Positions 1 through 14,210 are shown, counted from the first letter of the stretch. The stretch: 56,516 bases of DNA from Chara braunii (GCA_003427395.1 BFEA01000020.1:2767552-2824067), one strand, 5' to 3'. The notes: generated by a model not told the origin, from the sequence alone. Numbers and translations are program-made.

Positions 1-172
1 ATGACCCAGACCCCACCATCTCATGATTGTATGTGTGTGGAGTGATGCCATGTAGGTCAGTCTATGTGAGTCAGTCTATGTGAGTCAGTTCGTTATCAGA
101 CTTCCGCTGCATAAATGCTCATCCTATATTGGTTGATCTTTGGTTCTGCCCATACTCACTGAAGTATGTAAC

Positions 173-173
173 A

Positions 174-230
<57 letters not shown>
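173..230. repeat. Compound (CT)n(CA)n microsatellite
   Basis: Directly visible dinucleotide runs. Confidence 0.95.
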
Positions 231-232
<2 letters not shown>

Positions 233-240
233 CCCAGTGA

Positions 241-1161
241 AGTGAAGGCGGGCCTGAATATTCATCAGAGGCCAAAATTCGACATTTTTATACGTGGGTA
301 ATCAGGATGTTCCAGCCCGTCAGTTGGTTGAGTGGACGCGAGAGCCTCACTAAGCTGCGTCATACAGTTGGCCCAGGCCTTGGCAATTGCGCCTGGGCAC
401 ATACACATAATGCAGGGCCGATACATCACGAAGTGGCTACAGGCCTATGCAAAAGCAGCTCTGTCGACGTACATACCCCTGGGTCCTGCGCAAATGCAGG
501 AAACGGCCCAAGTCTGGAGGCTCAGGCCGTGCCCAACCGTAAAGGGCCTTGGGCCCGGGCGCAGGCACGGGGCCCCGACTGGAAGCTACTGGAAGCTTCC
601 AGCCAGGCCACATGCAGCCACGCAGAGGCTGCCATTTCCATATAGGAAGGTGGACAGCCAGGGCAGGGATTCTGGGCCATGCAGCCAATGCGGTCATGCT
701 GCTGCGTTGCTGCCTTAGAGGCTGCGTGCTGCGCTGAGGCCAGAGCGCGTGCGGGCGCGTCGGTGGTCTTCAGGAAGGAGGTGAGTGTGGGTGGACAGGG
801 TCTGATGAGGGGAAGCGAGATACGTACCTGGTAAATGGAAGAGGTCGGCTATGGTGTTGACGTCATGTACATTGGTCTTCGAGAGTCGAAGTGAGCCTGT
901 TGCGAGAATGCTGATGTAGGTAGGATAGTCAGGTAGTGTAGGTGTAGGCTGGGCGCTGGGCGCCAGACAGAGAGGAGCGACTTTGGATACTGTGTTGGTG
1001 TGGCCTGAGGGCTTGAACATTGGAACATTACTTCATTGTATTGCTCTTATTTGGATGGGATCTCGGTGCATTTGTGCTCTCTGCTTGTACACGACTACCT
1101 GACACCTGTGTGATTTCGCAACTTGGTTTTCTGTATGTCGTTCCCAGTCACATTCCTTGCA
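241..1161 (+). mobile_element. 5'-truncated LTR of the Gypsy LTR family also at 37367, 52570 and 55888
   Basis: Shares AGTGAAGGCGGGCC, ACGTACCTGG, GTGTTGACGTCA(T/C)GTACATTGGTCTTCGA and the 3' terminus ...ATTCCTTGCA with the LTR at 37367-38426. Confidence 0.8.
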
Positions 1162-3857
1162 GTTTTACAAAGGTGGCCTATTTGGGCCGCCGATCTCTCA
1201 AGGAGACGTCCACGGCCTGCGTGGCGGTCCAGGCAGGCCTATCGGACCCGGTCCTTTTTTTTTTTCTTTTTTTTTTTGTCCAGGAGACGTCCACGGCCTG
1301 CGTGGAGGGCCAGTCGACAGGCCAGTTCCGGTCGGGGGNGGGGCCCCTGGTTGGACCAGAAATATAGACCTGTCTCACAACCATCTGGATTCAAACTCCG
1401 GTCTGTATTCAACAGCTCATGGGTGCACCAACTGAGCTACGCTGGTTCCCCTGACAATTTTTCTCGAATTGGATTGCATACCTAGCCCCTGAGACTTATA
1501 CCCAGCCCCTGATATTTTTGCCCAATCGTACTGCATGCTCATCCATGTACCTCCCAATCCCACAGAAACACTGCCCAGATCTACTGACCTACAAAAAGCC
1601 TGCCAAGGTCAAGCTTAAAACATCACACTGAGCAAAACCTGATTTGGCCAAATCCAGGGATCGAGTCCCAGTTGAGGTCAAGACACACAACTTCGCTATT
1701 ATAGGGGTGTTGGTGGGGTTTTCTTTCTTTCTTTTTTTTCTTCTTTTTTTTTTTTGCGGGGTGCTGACCGACCGCAGACTGGTAGGTGCGATGGTTCGCT
1801 CGTCAGCCTTCGACCACTCCAGGGGTGACAAACACGCAAGGCGAAGTATCTGCACATTTCTAGAAGAGCAGGAACGTATTGCAATAATGAACTGCCATGA
1901 TGAACAAGTTAGAACAACATCACCAGTGCAAAAAAAAAAATTCTGATTCACCTTAAAAATCATCATTTTGACATTTTCAACATTTTGACATTTCCATTTT
2001 CACATGTGGAAGGACAGTAATATGTACCTAGGACACAACTGCAAGGAATGTCATATATCTTTGCCCACATGGACAAGGAAAACTATTGGATCCGGATCTA
2101 TGGGAGGGGTTGGTAGTCCGTTGGGGGACATTGGGTGCAGAGTGGTTGTCGTCGGTTTTTCAATGTAAGGCTAAGGCACAGCGCTCAATTAGTCTGAAAC
2201 ACTTGTCAGAATGAGGTGTTGAAACAGGGGTTGGAAGTCGGCTGCACCACAATCCCCGTCACCCTCTCAGACTTAGCACGCTAGCCAGTCAGGGATTGGC
2301 CAAGTCAGCCTGCCGGAGCTGACTAGTACCGCCATTATAGTCCACACTTGCATCCAGCCCAACCCAAGACGGTTAGCGGAAGACACAAAAACACCAAAAT
2401 CCTTTCCACTGCCATGCATGGAAGATTCACTCCTCTGACTGTCCTGTTTTGAAACTCTAAATGCAAAAAAGGTAGGTGACGGAAGAAAGGATGGTAAACA
2501 AACATTAAAAAAGGCAAGCAGAAGTGAAGGGGAGAAAGGAAAGTGAGAGAGTAAAGGAAGATCAAGGAAGGAGGGTACAGAAATTGAAGACTGCAGAAGA
2601 GAGACCAATGCAGGTGTGTCAAGGAATAAAGGAAGGTACCGGAGGGTAGGCAAAGCAACGTAAGTTAGGTAAATGGAGATATTGTACGGCAGGTAAATCA
2701 AGAAGGGAACAGAAAAGAACTTGGCGGAAGTAATACGAACCCAATAAAAGGTTGGTGAAGGAAGAAGGAAAGGACACAAAAAACCATGGTGAAGGGGAAA
2801 AGGACGTTAGGACACAAGGGAAGATCAACGGAGAGGAAATAGAGAAACATCTATAGGAAACTTGAGGATTGTAATAACAATGTTGAAGCTAATGTACCAC
2901 ACCTTTTCCTAGTTGTTGTTCGTGAGCGTCTCACCCCTCCTCTACATGCTGTCCTTCCCTCTCCGTCCTCCTACTCCTGCCCTTGTCCTCGTTTGTTTTC
3001 ATCAGTGTCATGCACAGCAGCTGTGATCACACCGTCCTTCTACAACCACCACTGCACCTGGTCTTTCTTTTCTAACCCTACCTCCTCTGTACCTTTTTGG
3101 TCCTGCTCTTCCTGCCTTGCTTCCTCATTCAATGGTCATCACATCGTCTCTTCATCCACTATTTGATGTGCCAGGTTATCCTCCTCCTTCGCCTACTCCC
3201 AGCTCCTGTCATCTGTGTCATGCTCAGAAGATGCAACCACATCCTTCTAGTCCAACCATCACAGCTCCATGGTCTCTATATTTTCCTTCTCGGAGTTCTC
3301 TCCTCTTTTCCTTTCTGGTCCTGCCGTTCCTGCCCTGCATGCTGCTACTACTCGTTCACTTTTCGTCAGTTGTCCACCTCTCCTCTACTCCTGCTCCTCA
3401 TTCACTGCTGTGTTGTGCACAATTGCTTGAGACACGCCATCAACACAAACTCCTTTTTGTCCTCTTTTCTTACCCATTTCCTGCTTTTCTAGTTCTTTGT
3501 CCTCATGCCTGTATTCCTACGATTCCATCTCCTCCTCCTGCTACCCACCTCGTCTTCCTCTTTTTCCATCTATGAAGATGGATGAGTAAAAGTTCAGAGC
3601 CTTGGTTCATGGAGTGCTCACATATAAATAAACCCCTACATGTGAATGGGGCATTTCTATGGCTGCATCTCATACAAACCAAGGAGTTCAGCCTTTAATT
3701 TCCCTCCTTTACCTCCTTGCACAGAAGCAATGAGGTCGAGTGCACATACACTGTCACAATAGCTCTTAAAAGGCAAAGCGTGACCATCAGGGGGCAAAGC
3801 ATCACCATCAGGATAAAACAAGATTATAACGAAAGTGATGGATGTTAAGGACCATAC

Positions 3858-4547
3858 CCGGCTGTGTTCTGGTGCTGACAGTACTGCTTCCCAAAGCGCT
3901 CGAAGCTGGTGGGCATGCAATGGTGGCCATCCACACAATTTTGTCATCTGGAACACACACAGGAGCATCCACTCACTCTGCAGTATCTGTGATCGACTAA
4001 CTTGGACATTCCCTGCAAATGACTGTGAGTGCCCATTCCCTGAGGGCACTCCCATATCTTCCATTGTATCAACCCCATCACTGCCAACAGAGTATCCATC
4101 CAAGCTGTCAGCAAAGCTGCCAAAGCTGAGCCGGCTTTCAAGGAGTTGCAATTGATTGAGCCCACTGACAACCTTGCCAGTCTTTGAGGTAAGCAGTAAA
4201 CCAGATCCTCCACGAGAGCCCACACCAGGAACTTCCTTTCCAGGGCTGTCGAATACAGCTGAATGATTACTTCCAGCACTACCACTTCCCACACCTCCAA
4301 CGTACTTTTCATTCAACGATATCGAACGTGCCGATGCGTTAAACTCTGCACGCTCACTCACTGACCGTGGAGTGCAGGGATTAGAGGAGGAGTCGTTGAC
4401 TTGCTGCGATGACTGCACTCTGAGCTGGTATACCTTCTCTTGCTCAGCCAGGAACACTGTACAAAAGTTTTCTGCCCATGGTATCACTATGCTCAGCATC
4501 GTAGGCAAGGTTTCTTTTGACAGGCATGGCTGCAACGCCAATGCTTC
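3858..4547 (-). CDS. Furry/MOR2-PAG1-like protein, exon (EALALQ...IVIPWAENF...SEWMLLCVFQMTKLCG...LRALWEAVL)
   Basis: Acceptor gcacag| at 4548 (phase 0). Motifs are collinear with the Furry mid region as recalled (PW.EN; SE.LL..; LW). The 3' end is uncertain: donor at 3857 (GTATGG) or 3712 (GTAAAG); the frame stays open to 3657. Confidence 0.75.
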
Positions 4548-5110
4548 CTGTGCAATTCAAAAACAAAAGTCCATGTAAGTCAGACACTTCAGATGGGTCA
4601 TCACCTCAAGATTTTACCTTGCTACAAAGCTGAACCGCCATCATAATAGGGAGTTTACCTGTCATGTCACCTGCTGAAAATCCAGAGCATCTGGACGACA
4701 AGAAAATTTAGAAGTCTGATGTGTACATCTGAACCCTAAGGAAATTTTCAATACAATCACGTAAAGAGAACTGAGTGAAAACGTAAGGACTTTTAAAGTT
4801 TTTATTACTTTTTAATACAAAGCTTCGGTGCAAACAGAAGACATTGTGCTATTGCAATATAACTTCATCATGTATGCGACACAGATTTATAGTTTAATTT
4901 TAGTCTCCTGCTCCTTAAAAATATGAGAATTTCCCGATGGTTTCTCTTTAGGAGCACACGTCCAAAAGGCAGATTTGGCAGCCTGATCTAACTCTCTAGT
5001 AACTTTTGGAGGGTATTGTGGTTGGCCTACTCCCCATCTTCACCCGAATCGAACGCCCGGTCATTATAGCTGAGCTTGGAGCAACTTTTAGTCTCCATAC
5101 CAGGCATTCT

Positions 5111-5605
5111 TTTTCTTTTTTTTAAGAAAAGAGGGAAATACAGCTGTCTTCTCCACATCCGGGGACAAGCTGTACTTTACTACCCTATTCTCTCTTCTCT
5201 CAATACTATGCCTATTTCACACTTGCTACCTACCTACATCCTTCCTCAAGCTTCCTACCTATTGTACCATCCCAGTGGTTTAGTCTATAGAGACAGCGTG
5301 ACTATGAAACCCTACCTATGAAGTCTGGGACAAGGCTTAAATTCCCTAGCTAGAGCTAAACTATCGTAAGGTTATGGGTTGATCCTACCTATCTCTGCTC
5401 TTGTGCAGGGAGCAGTACCCAACCTGCTAACACCTGGCGTGGGTACGTCCAGAACCAGCCAGGAGGCCCAAACCAACAGTCTCCGCTGGTGAACCTAAAG
5501 CATACCCCCAGGAGGCCACAGGGATTGAAATGACGACGCTGGGTTTCGAACCCACAACCTCCTTAGTGCAACTTACGTGCTCAACCAACTGAGCTAGCCC
5601 GCTTG
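5111..5605 (-). mobile_element. tRNA-derived SINE
   Basis: Minus strand has A box TAGCTCAGTTGG, B box GGTTCGAAACC and an A-rich tail at ~5111-5123. 8-bp TSD GGCATTCT at 5103-5110 and 5606-5613. Confidence 0.85.
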
Positions 5606-6929
5606 GGCATTCTACTATTCGGTGAAGATGTGGCATTCTATTCGGGTAAGCCTGTACCCTTACTCGAAGCAACAGTGATGCGGGTCCATATACATGAATG
5701 GATCCTGTAAAAGGGTTTGAGTATGTTTTCATGAAAAGGTTCTACATCGGGTAGGCCTGTATCTTCATTGCCATGCCTTTGTACCCATTGCCGTATTCAG
5801 TCATACATTTAAGTCCATGTGCTCTGGTGACTAGCTAGAATCTGTGCGCGGGTGTGCATGTTTGTGCACGTGTATGCATGTCCTTTGTAACATCTCCTCA
5901 TATCAACGCACCCGATTAACTGAAAATCCACACAGGTTATAAACCACAGCACACAGCCCCAGTCTTGCAAAAAAATATTTGTCGCCTACTCTACGGCTCA
6001 GGCCTAACAGACTGGCGGCACCATCCAAAAAGAAAAAAAGTGCGCTGCTGACAGTTTGGAGAAGCTTGGCCCGCAGTGCAGTGCCTGCAGGCCCAGGTGT
6101 ACCCGGGGTTTAAGAAGAGTGCAAGGTTGCCTAGCTTCGTGTGGTCGAGTTCCGGGTGCCCACATAACCATCTCCTTGTAAGGTACACTTGGACATCATT
6201 AAGAAAGTGGGCAGATAGGCAAGGTAGAACCACCTGCAACCAACAACAAAAGTCACAAGCCAGTCCATGTGGCCAACGGCTGCAATTAAATAAGAACTTA
6301 AATAGTTCATTCCTGTGACACAAATTCACACAATAGACAGCTGCCAGACCTAATTGTGAAAACCCAAAGGATTAGCTTGGTTCAGTGACTACTCCAGTTG
6401 ACCTTCCCAAATTTACACAGACTTCATCAACAAAATCCCAGCAACCCACTCTATCGAGCACAGAATGTGCAAGGGACATTCAGAAACACAGACTTGACAG
6501 GCAGAGCTTCCCAGCAAAGAAGACGAGAAGGGAATGGTGGCTCTAACACTAGCCAGAGTCGGCGAGGATTGACAACTGTGAAAACCACTCACCATTGCAT
6601 GAGGAGCATTATCTACCCAAATTTTATTTGAGTTTTTAATACTTTTTATGTGTTATTAACTTGTTAAGTAATATGATGGAATACCAAAAATAAGTCGAAT
6701 TCTCAAATTATGAAAACAATTCAAAACTCTGCAATCACCTGTGCATGAGTACCATATTTCACCCATGCGCAAAATGAAGGACTGCCAAATAAAATCCAAA
6801 GTCGACAACAGGATTGTGATGATGTCCCAATTGTCCCAGAAACGGAACTATGGTACATCAGACAAAGACAATGCAGATCACACATGCTTTGAAACACATT
6901 CCAAACAACTGTAGAAGAAGACAGCTTAC

Positions 6930-7063
6930 CCTCAGGACGGCAGGAGTGTACTCAGGATGAGCATTGGCAAGAGACCTTGACGTGGCCACCGCCGCCTCAA
7001 TGTACACATCAGGTGGTGCATGAGCACTTGCAGGTAGTATACCCCATCCTGGAGGTGTTGGGT
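6930..7063 (-). CDS. Furry-like exon (PTPPGWGILPASAHAPPDVYIEAAVATSRSLANAHPEYTPAVLR)
   Basis: tttcttgcag| acceptor and |gtaagc donor. Only one of three frames is open. PD.Y...S..LA..HPE matches the Furry motif (plant LPDSY...LS.KLAKDHPEL as recalled). Ends in phase 0, in frame with the exon starting at 4547. Confidence 0.8.
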
Positions 7064-10000
7064 CTGCAAGAAAGAAATATGCATCATTCGACCACAATTA
7101 CTGTGACTGGAAACATGCTCAGATTTTTGTGGTTAGGACTCAGGAGAAACCCTTGACAGTAGTGTGTGCCACCGTTCTTGAACTCTTGCCTTGTAGGTAC
7201 ATAACTGTAGAGGGAGCACAGGGTTTTTTTTTGGGGGGGGGGTGCTGAACCAGCCACGTAAGCATTAACTTTCTGATCACATACTCCTTATCATTCCAAA
7301 TGAGGGCAGCAACATTTCTGGGTTTTTTTTTTTCCCACAAGAAAGTCAAATGCAGAGAGATACAGAGTGAGTGAGGGGGAGTGCATAGCCTGCAAAGTTA
7401 CTAAGTTGCAGAGGCTAAGTTGGCTGTGTCTGAAAGGGTGGATGGGGGCTAGGTAGTCGTGCATTTCAGGCGCCCAGCAGCAAGGCTGAAGAGGCCCCTT
7501 CTTCCTCCCTCTCTGGCTACTCATCTTCCTGCTCAGTTAATCCCCTGTTCTCAGGGCAATCAATGCTGGCAGTCGGTCAGGAAATCTTCAGAGAAACCTC
7601 AATGGCTTTTGTTAATGGACACTGGACCTGTTTTCCAGCAGGTGTTGCTCCCCACCCATAAATGGAGCCTCCCCGAGGGAGATAGAGGCGTCTGCTCATA
7701 CCAGCGCCCCTAGCTACCAAATGGGCAGCTTTTTGCAATAAATAAATACATAAATAAATAACGCACAGAGGTACCCATTCGGCACAGAACTCTCATTGTT
7801 CCTTCGTCACGGAGGTGCTTAACCCAATCCACACGCCGTAGATTCATTCCCGCATGCTGAATCATGTCTGCTTGGAAACCTCAATCCCAGTTGTAAGTAG
7901 TGGGATCCAAAAGCATGTTGCAGTGTGAAGATGTTACTGCTAACTGATGGAACACTCATTTCCTTTAGGGAGGCCACTTTCTTTTCTAGAGGTTGAGCAC
8001 TATCTTTTCCCACTGTCAAGCTAAACGCTTCCAGATACCTACTCCTATCAAGGCTGGAACTTCCTTGGGCATTGTCTCTCCTACCCACTGACCATAAAAC
8101 AGTTGTAACGCGTTCGACATACCGATCAGGCTTCATTTCCAAAATTCTCTGCCTGAAGCTTCTATGTAGATACATGAATCTCCTCCCTACTTCTGCAGCT
8201 AAGAGCTGGTGGTCTTTACCGTCCCTATACTTTTTGCAACTCTTCTTCCCCAGACTCTCTACGTGTGTCCGAAAATTAATACACATTTTCCACAACTTTA
8301 CCTTTCCACAACTTCACCTTCCCTTCTGTGCCAGTCCCGTCTAAGCTTTTACTCTAGGAGCTTAGGACGGACCTTTCTGAGGCGTGTCGATGGCGAGCGC
8401 GAAGGTGGCGGGCTGGCGCAGGGGCAATGGCCCTAGTGGGCTCAGCTGCAGGTCGAAGTTCACGTCCGCTCGAACGAGCGCGGCGTCAACCTCAACGTGG
8501 TCTCCCATGGGTGGGGTCGCTGTGGTGGGTGGGAGCAGGAAAGCTGTAAGGTGGTAGGCTCACATTTTCAAATTCGAAAACAACCGACTGTAGGACCCCG
8601 GAATTTTGAAAGATCACGCAGCGGATCTCCACCGCCGATCTCTGATGATCAGCGGTGGAGATATGCCGCGCATTCTCCCGAAATTACGAGGTCCTATAGG
8701 CCCCCCCTTTTTTTTTTTTTTTCAACGCTNNNNNNNNNNNNNNNNNNNNNNNNNNNNNNNNNNNNNNNNNNNNNNNNNNNNNNNNNNNNNNNNNNNNNNN
8801 NNNNNNNNNNNNNNNNNNNNNNNNNNNNNNNNNNNNNNNNNNNNNNNNNNNNNNNNNNNNNNNNNNNNNNNNNNNNNNNNNNNNNNNNNNNNNNNNNNNN
8901 NNNNNNNNNNNNNNNNNNNNNNNNNNNNNNNNNNNNNNNNNNNNNNNNNNNNNNNNNNNNNNNNNNNNNNNNNNNNNNNNNNNNNNNNNNNNNNNNNNNN
9001 NNNNNNNNNNNNNNNNNNNNNNNNNNNNNNNNNNNNNNNNNNNNNNNNNNNNNNNNNNNNNNNNNNNNNNNNNNNNNNNNNNNNNNNNNNNNNNNNNNNN
9101 NNNNNNNNNNNNNNNNNNNNNNNNNNNNNNNNNNNNNNNTTTCCTTTTGCCTTGTCATAGGTCTAGGTCCCCTTTTCCCCCTGTTTCCATCTAGATGCAG
9201 ATGAGTATTGGGTTGTTGCCTTTGGAGTCCGTCGTTGGTCTAGGCAGAGGGTAGAAGTAGCGGGCAGGAAATTTGGTTTGGGTCTTTTCATGTTTTCGTT
9301 GGCTGGGGGAAACTCTGCCCGTCCGTTGTTGGAGCGCTGCTGCTCTATTTTGGGCGAGGTCATCTTCTTCCTCGAAGCCCAGCCATAGCTGGGGTTGGGA
9401 AACGAAGTTGAAAATCGCACTGCTGCTATTTCGCAGCTCTGCATGAGAGCTTCCACAGGACTGCATTGTTGGGTTTGGGTGCTGCCATCTGCTGTTCCTC
9501 CTCTCGAGGAACTTTGTCTTCTTCGAAGTGCTGGATCGGTTTGTCTCCTTCTTCGACAGGACTTCCGTGTGGGTGCTGAGCTGGCGCTGTTATCATTACT
9601 GTTGCTGGTTCAGATTGGCACGCTGTGACAGCTGTGGGGTTACTGCTGCTACGACAGCCATAGCCAGGGGTATGAGGTGGTGAGGAGGAAGAAGAAGACT
9701 CCTGCATACTCCGTTGAACACTTGTTTTTGGTTGTTCGGGGTTGTTGTAAACGCGGTTGTCATTCTTGGAACAAGTACTCTGGATTGATTGGAGGAGGAC
9801 GAGGGTTTGCAGAATTGAAATTCATTTTTCAATTCTCTGTGTATTTTGAGCTTCCGCTGTGCATATCTTATCTCAGTTTTGTGTGGATTTGCCTACTTCG
9901 AGTCTACACTGCAATAGCATGCGTGTATGCGAACATGTGAATTTGTTGTGGATTGAAGTTCAATCGGGTACAGAACACTTTGGCATTGCCGAAACGATGT

Positions 10001-10768
10001 ACATGAGTTTAAAAATCTTTTAACTTCCTGTGTGCAGTCCTGCCCAGCTCCCACTACGTGATCAAACTCAAATCATATTGTCCACATCCTCTTCTACAAG
10101 CGGTGCGAGTTGTTAACAGCCTCCCTCATTAAAATGCTCCTCTTTATATGCCGCTGCATGCTACAGGTGCAATTAGACTTCTCCAATTGTATGTTGGTCG
10201 ATATTGGAAAGCCAGAGGTGTCTGCAATAGACCATAACTATTCAACCACAGCAACTTTTATGGTTGTGATATGCCCATGAATGTGAGAACCACAAACACA
10301 AAGAGAATAAGTGCCATTTGACTCTGTCGAGAGAAATTATCCCACAAATGGTTAACGAACTTAACGGGGAACCCCATTTTCAGGCCCTGGGTAACGAGTC
10401 CAAAACTGAAATTAGGGTTTCGGGGTCAAATTTTATGTTTTTTTTTTTTTTTTTTTTTTTTTGCCTGTTCTTGTTTTGGTTCAAGGTTGGTGTGTGCCAA
10501 ATTTTGTGTCATTTGGAGAATTGGAAATTCCCTCTGTTAAGATTTCTGAAATTTCTCAAGATTTCTGAAATTGAGATGTTGGCAAAATTTCATGAAAATG
10601 CACTTTTGCCTTGCTGTTTTATATGTTTTTTATTATTATTTTTTGGATTTTTTTTGCAGTTAGTTAGTATGGTCTCCACTCTACGAATTGGTGGCAAGTT
10701 TGATTAAAAAGACCCTTAGGTTTTCATATAAATGGCATGGCAAGTGGTCTGAAAATTAGGTTCTCTGT

Positions 10769-10915
10769 AGTGTAACCTCCCTCACTGGTTTACTGTTCCT
10801 GAACACCGTACCATTCCCAGAACCCCACTGCTCCTGTCAAACACCACAAGAAATATCTCCCACTGAGCTCAGTGTAACCTCCCTCACTGGTTTACTGTTC
10901 CTGAACACCGTACCA
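10769..10915. repeat. ~45-bp direct repeat pair
   Basis: AGTGTAACCTCCCTCACTGGTTTACTGTTCCTGAACACCGTACCA at ~10769 and ~10871. Confidence 0.85.
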
Positions 10916-12512
10916 TCCTCCTCGACCCCTCTCCAGTTCTGCGCTAAACTTTCTAGTCCTCCCAAATACCGTACCATCCTCCTCAATTTCTCTCCAGTTC
11001 TGTGCTGTTCATGCCCTGCATTATATGAGGTTCCTGGCCTCAGCAGATAGAACATCATGTGGTTATCAGATATTCTCAAGACTAAGTCAAATGCCGCTTA
11101 TTCTCTTTGTCGTTCGTTGTATGTCCAAAGTGGCAATGGTTAACCTTCATGTCCAGAGGGAAAATGAAGCAGAACAGGACATCTTGCAGTTGAATACTGA
11201 ACCGAAGGCAAACCCTCTGTACAGAGTTGTAGGATGCTCTCAAGTACTGATCATGAGGCGCAGTGAACTTGCCCTTGGGTTGGGAAGAACAACTGGAAAC
11301 AGCTGCTAAGACCCCATACACTGAGTAGTAAAAGGAGGAATCCGCCATCTACTTGCTTATCCCAGTTTCTTCATTTTCCTGGTTTACTCCAACATTCTGA
11401 CAAGGCTGCCATTTTTGCTGCAGCTTTTCACTTTCAAGCACGTTTAACGGCACTGGATCGATATCTGGAGTTAGTAATGTCTGACATTTCAATCTCGATG
11501 CTTAGCCTCAGAGACTTCAGGCGAGAAAGCCAGAGATCACAATACCAGCAAGGAATACCTAAAATCTGCACCAAACTAAATGAACTTTTCTCATAGAGTA
11601 ACAATGTTCAGCCCAGCAGTCCAGGCACATTGCCGGACCTTCTAGGCCCGGAAATTCCTGAAAAAAGGTTAGAAACAACCATGATCACATCTTCTCTGGT
11701 CAGGACTGCTATCATCATTATATTCCATTTGTCCAAATGGAGCCCGAACCTCAACCTCATTTTGGGAAAACATGCTTAGGCTCCAAGGGATTTTAAAAGG
11801 GGGACAAGGGTCGCTGTTGCGGCTTCGCCCGCCAAAAAGAAAAAGAAAAAGCATAATGAACTTTATCAGCAGCCAAAACCTGTTTGCAAGAAAACAAGAA
11901 GGCATACCAAGGAACCTTTTTTACGTTTTTACTGCGAGTCTTTTGTTTGGGAAGCTGTTATCTTTTCAGCCTGTTTTTTGGTTTTCTGTTGTGTTACGAC
12001 CCACAAAGTTTCAGTCTGAGATCTCTGTTATTTGCCGAGAAATGGCTGTGCTTAGTGCTAAGGATTCCGATGCCGAGTTTGCTTGCTGTCCTTGGTGAAT
12101 ACGTTTGTGATCAACCGATCTTGTATGTATGGCATGTGCTTACTTGTTGAGTTTTGACGCTGTCTGTGTGTGCAAATGCACGTGTGTGTGTCAGTCTCAG
12201 CTTGGTGCATGTGCATCTTTCAGTCTCCTCTTGGTGGGCCCAGATGGTGTGTTTGGTGATTGGCCTGGAGAAGTAGTTGCAAATCGTCTTCAATAATAAG
12301 AGTGCCACTATTAAGCAGGTGTTGTAATGTATGATTGGCATAATCAGCATCCAATCTGCTTGGCAGTTGCTGCTCGTGGGGAAAGTTGTTGGAAGTAGCA
12401 TTGTCATATGAGCTGTGATGCTGGGCATGCATCTTGGAGCATTTCCTGGTTTGCAAAGCCAAAGACAAAACCCAGCAGCACATGTCAGCATCATAAGATT
12501 GACAGCCTGGCA

Positions 12513-12515
<3 letters not shown>

Positions 12516-12597
<82 letters not shown>

Positions 12598-12598
12598 T
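12516..12598. repeat. (CT)n microsatellite
   Basis: Directly visible. Confidence 0.95.
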
Positions 12599-12664
12599 CC
12601 CCTGCCCCCACCCTTTCCCAATCTCTCCTGCGGCAAAAAGCGCAAAAGGCCACACACAATGAAA

Positions 12665-14210
12665 CCGGGTGGAAGAGGCGCGGAGGCGGTGCTGCAGAGG
12701 CACGGAGGGGAGGCGGAGAAGTACGGAGGAGGAGCGGAGAAGGCACGGAGGACGTGCGGAGGAGCTGTGGAGGAGGGGCGGAGGAGTGGAGAAGCTGCGG
12801 AGGAGGGGGGCAGGAGGGGCGAAGGAACGGAGAAAAGCTGCTGAGGAGGGTATAAGGCGGGGAGGAGCAAAGAAGCTAAGGAGGATGAGTGGGGGAGGAG
12901 GGGAGGAGAGGAGAGGCTGCCGGGGATGAGCGGGGAGAAGGTGCGGGGAAGCTGCGGAGAAGGGGTGGAGGAGGAGCAGAGGAGGAGCAGAGGAGGAGCA
13001 GAGGAGGCGCGGACGAAGGGCGAAGGAGGGGCCGAGGAAGGGCGAAGGAGGGGCCAAGGAGGGGCGGAGAAGGAGCATAGGAGTGGAGGTGGGGCAGAGG
13101 AGTGGAGTGGAGGACAGGCGGAGAGGGAGCGGAGGAATGGCGGAGGCGAGGAGGATGAGCAGAGGACGGGCAGAGGCAGAGCGGAGAAGTTGCGGAGGAG
13201 GAGGGGCAAATGCGCGGAGAATGAGCGGAGGAACGGGGGAGGAGGGGTGAAGGAGCGGAGAAGCTGCAGAGGAGGAGCGGAGGAGGAGCTCCAGAGGTGG
13301 GCTGGATGAGCAGCGGAAGAGCAGCAGAAGAGGCGCATAGGATTGGCCAAGAAGGATGGGCAGAGGAGCAGACGAGGCGTCGAGGAGGAGAGTGGGAGGA
13401 GCGGAGGAGCGGAGGAGGCACACATGAGGAGCGAAGGAGGCACAGAGGAGGAGGGGGAGGCGGGGCAAAGGGCGAGCGGAGGAGCTGCAGGAAAGGTGCG
13501 GAGAGGGAGCGGAGGACGAGCGGAGAATGTGTTGAGGAGGAGGGGCAGAGGAGGGCCTGACGAGAGGAGCAGCAGTGGAGGGGCAGCGGAAGCGGTGTGG
13601 ACGACTAGCGGAGGAGGAGGGGCAAAGGAGGGGAGGGGGAGGGGGGGAGCAGCGAAGGAGGCATGGAGGATGAGCGGGGCACGAGGGGCGGAGGGGAGGA
13701 GGATGAGCGGAGGAAGAGGAGCGGAGGAGGGGACGAGCAACAAAGGAGAGGCGCAGAAAAGCTCTGGGGGAGGAGCAGGGGAGGAGGGGAGGAGGGGAGG
13801 AGGGGCGGAGGATGAACGAAGGAGGTGGGGCGGGGGAGCGGAGAAGTAGCGGAGGCGGCGCAAAGGATGAGTCGAGGAGCGACAAAGGAGAGGAGAAGCT
13901 GTGGAGAAGGAGCAGGGAAGGATGGGAGAAGCAACAGAGGATGAGCGGACGATGGGCGGAGGGGAGCAAAAAAGCTGAGGAGTGGGGGAGCAGGGGAGGA
14001 GCAGCGGAGGATGAGCAGGGGCTGAGTGGGGGAGGAGGGGCGAAGGCGCAGAGGATGTGCGGAGGCTGAGTGGGGGAGGAGGGGCGAAGGCGCGGAGGAT
14101 GAGCGGAGGAGAGGTGGTGGAGCGGAGGAGCAGCGAAGGAGAGGGGCGAAGAAGCTACGAAGGATGAGAGGACGAGGGGGACAGAGGAGCGGGTGAGCAG
14201 AGTGGGACAA
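12665..14210. repeat. Degenerate purine-rich (GGA/GGAGCGGAG) low-complexity satellite
   Basis: About 1.5 kb of GGAGGAGC(A/G)G variants. Long Pro/Ser/Leu ORFs appear in several frames simply because stop codons are rare in this composition. Confidence 0.9.

Noticed and set aside
5533-5605. Functional tRNA gene
   Set aside because: The anticodon arm is degenerate, and it is the head of a SINE with body, tail and TSD.
6170-6580. Additional exon candidates with AG/GT signals (also ~4660-4692 and ~48260-48445)
   Set aside because: They are not needed for frame or Furry collinearity, and some have stops or incompatible phases.
8497-9204. ORFs crossing N gaps (also near 24.0, 26.0, 27.9, 31.7 and 33.4 kb)
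   Set aside because: They are artefacts of translating Ns.
12220-14210. Long ORFs (547, 492, 201 aa) resembling extensin or Pro-rich proteins
   Set aside because: Several frames are open at once because the GGA-rich satellite lacks stop codons; one ORF runs through a (GA)n tract.
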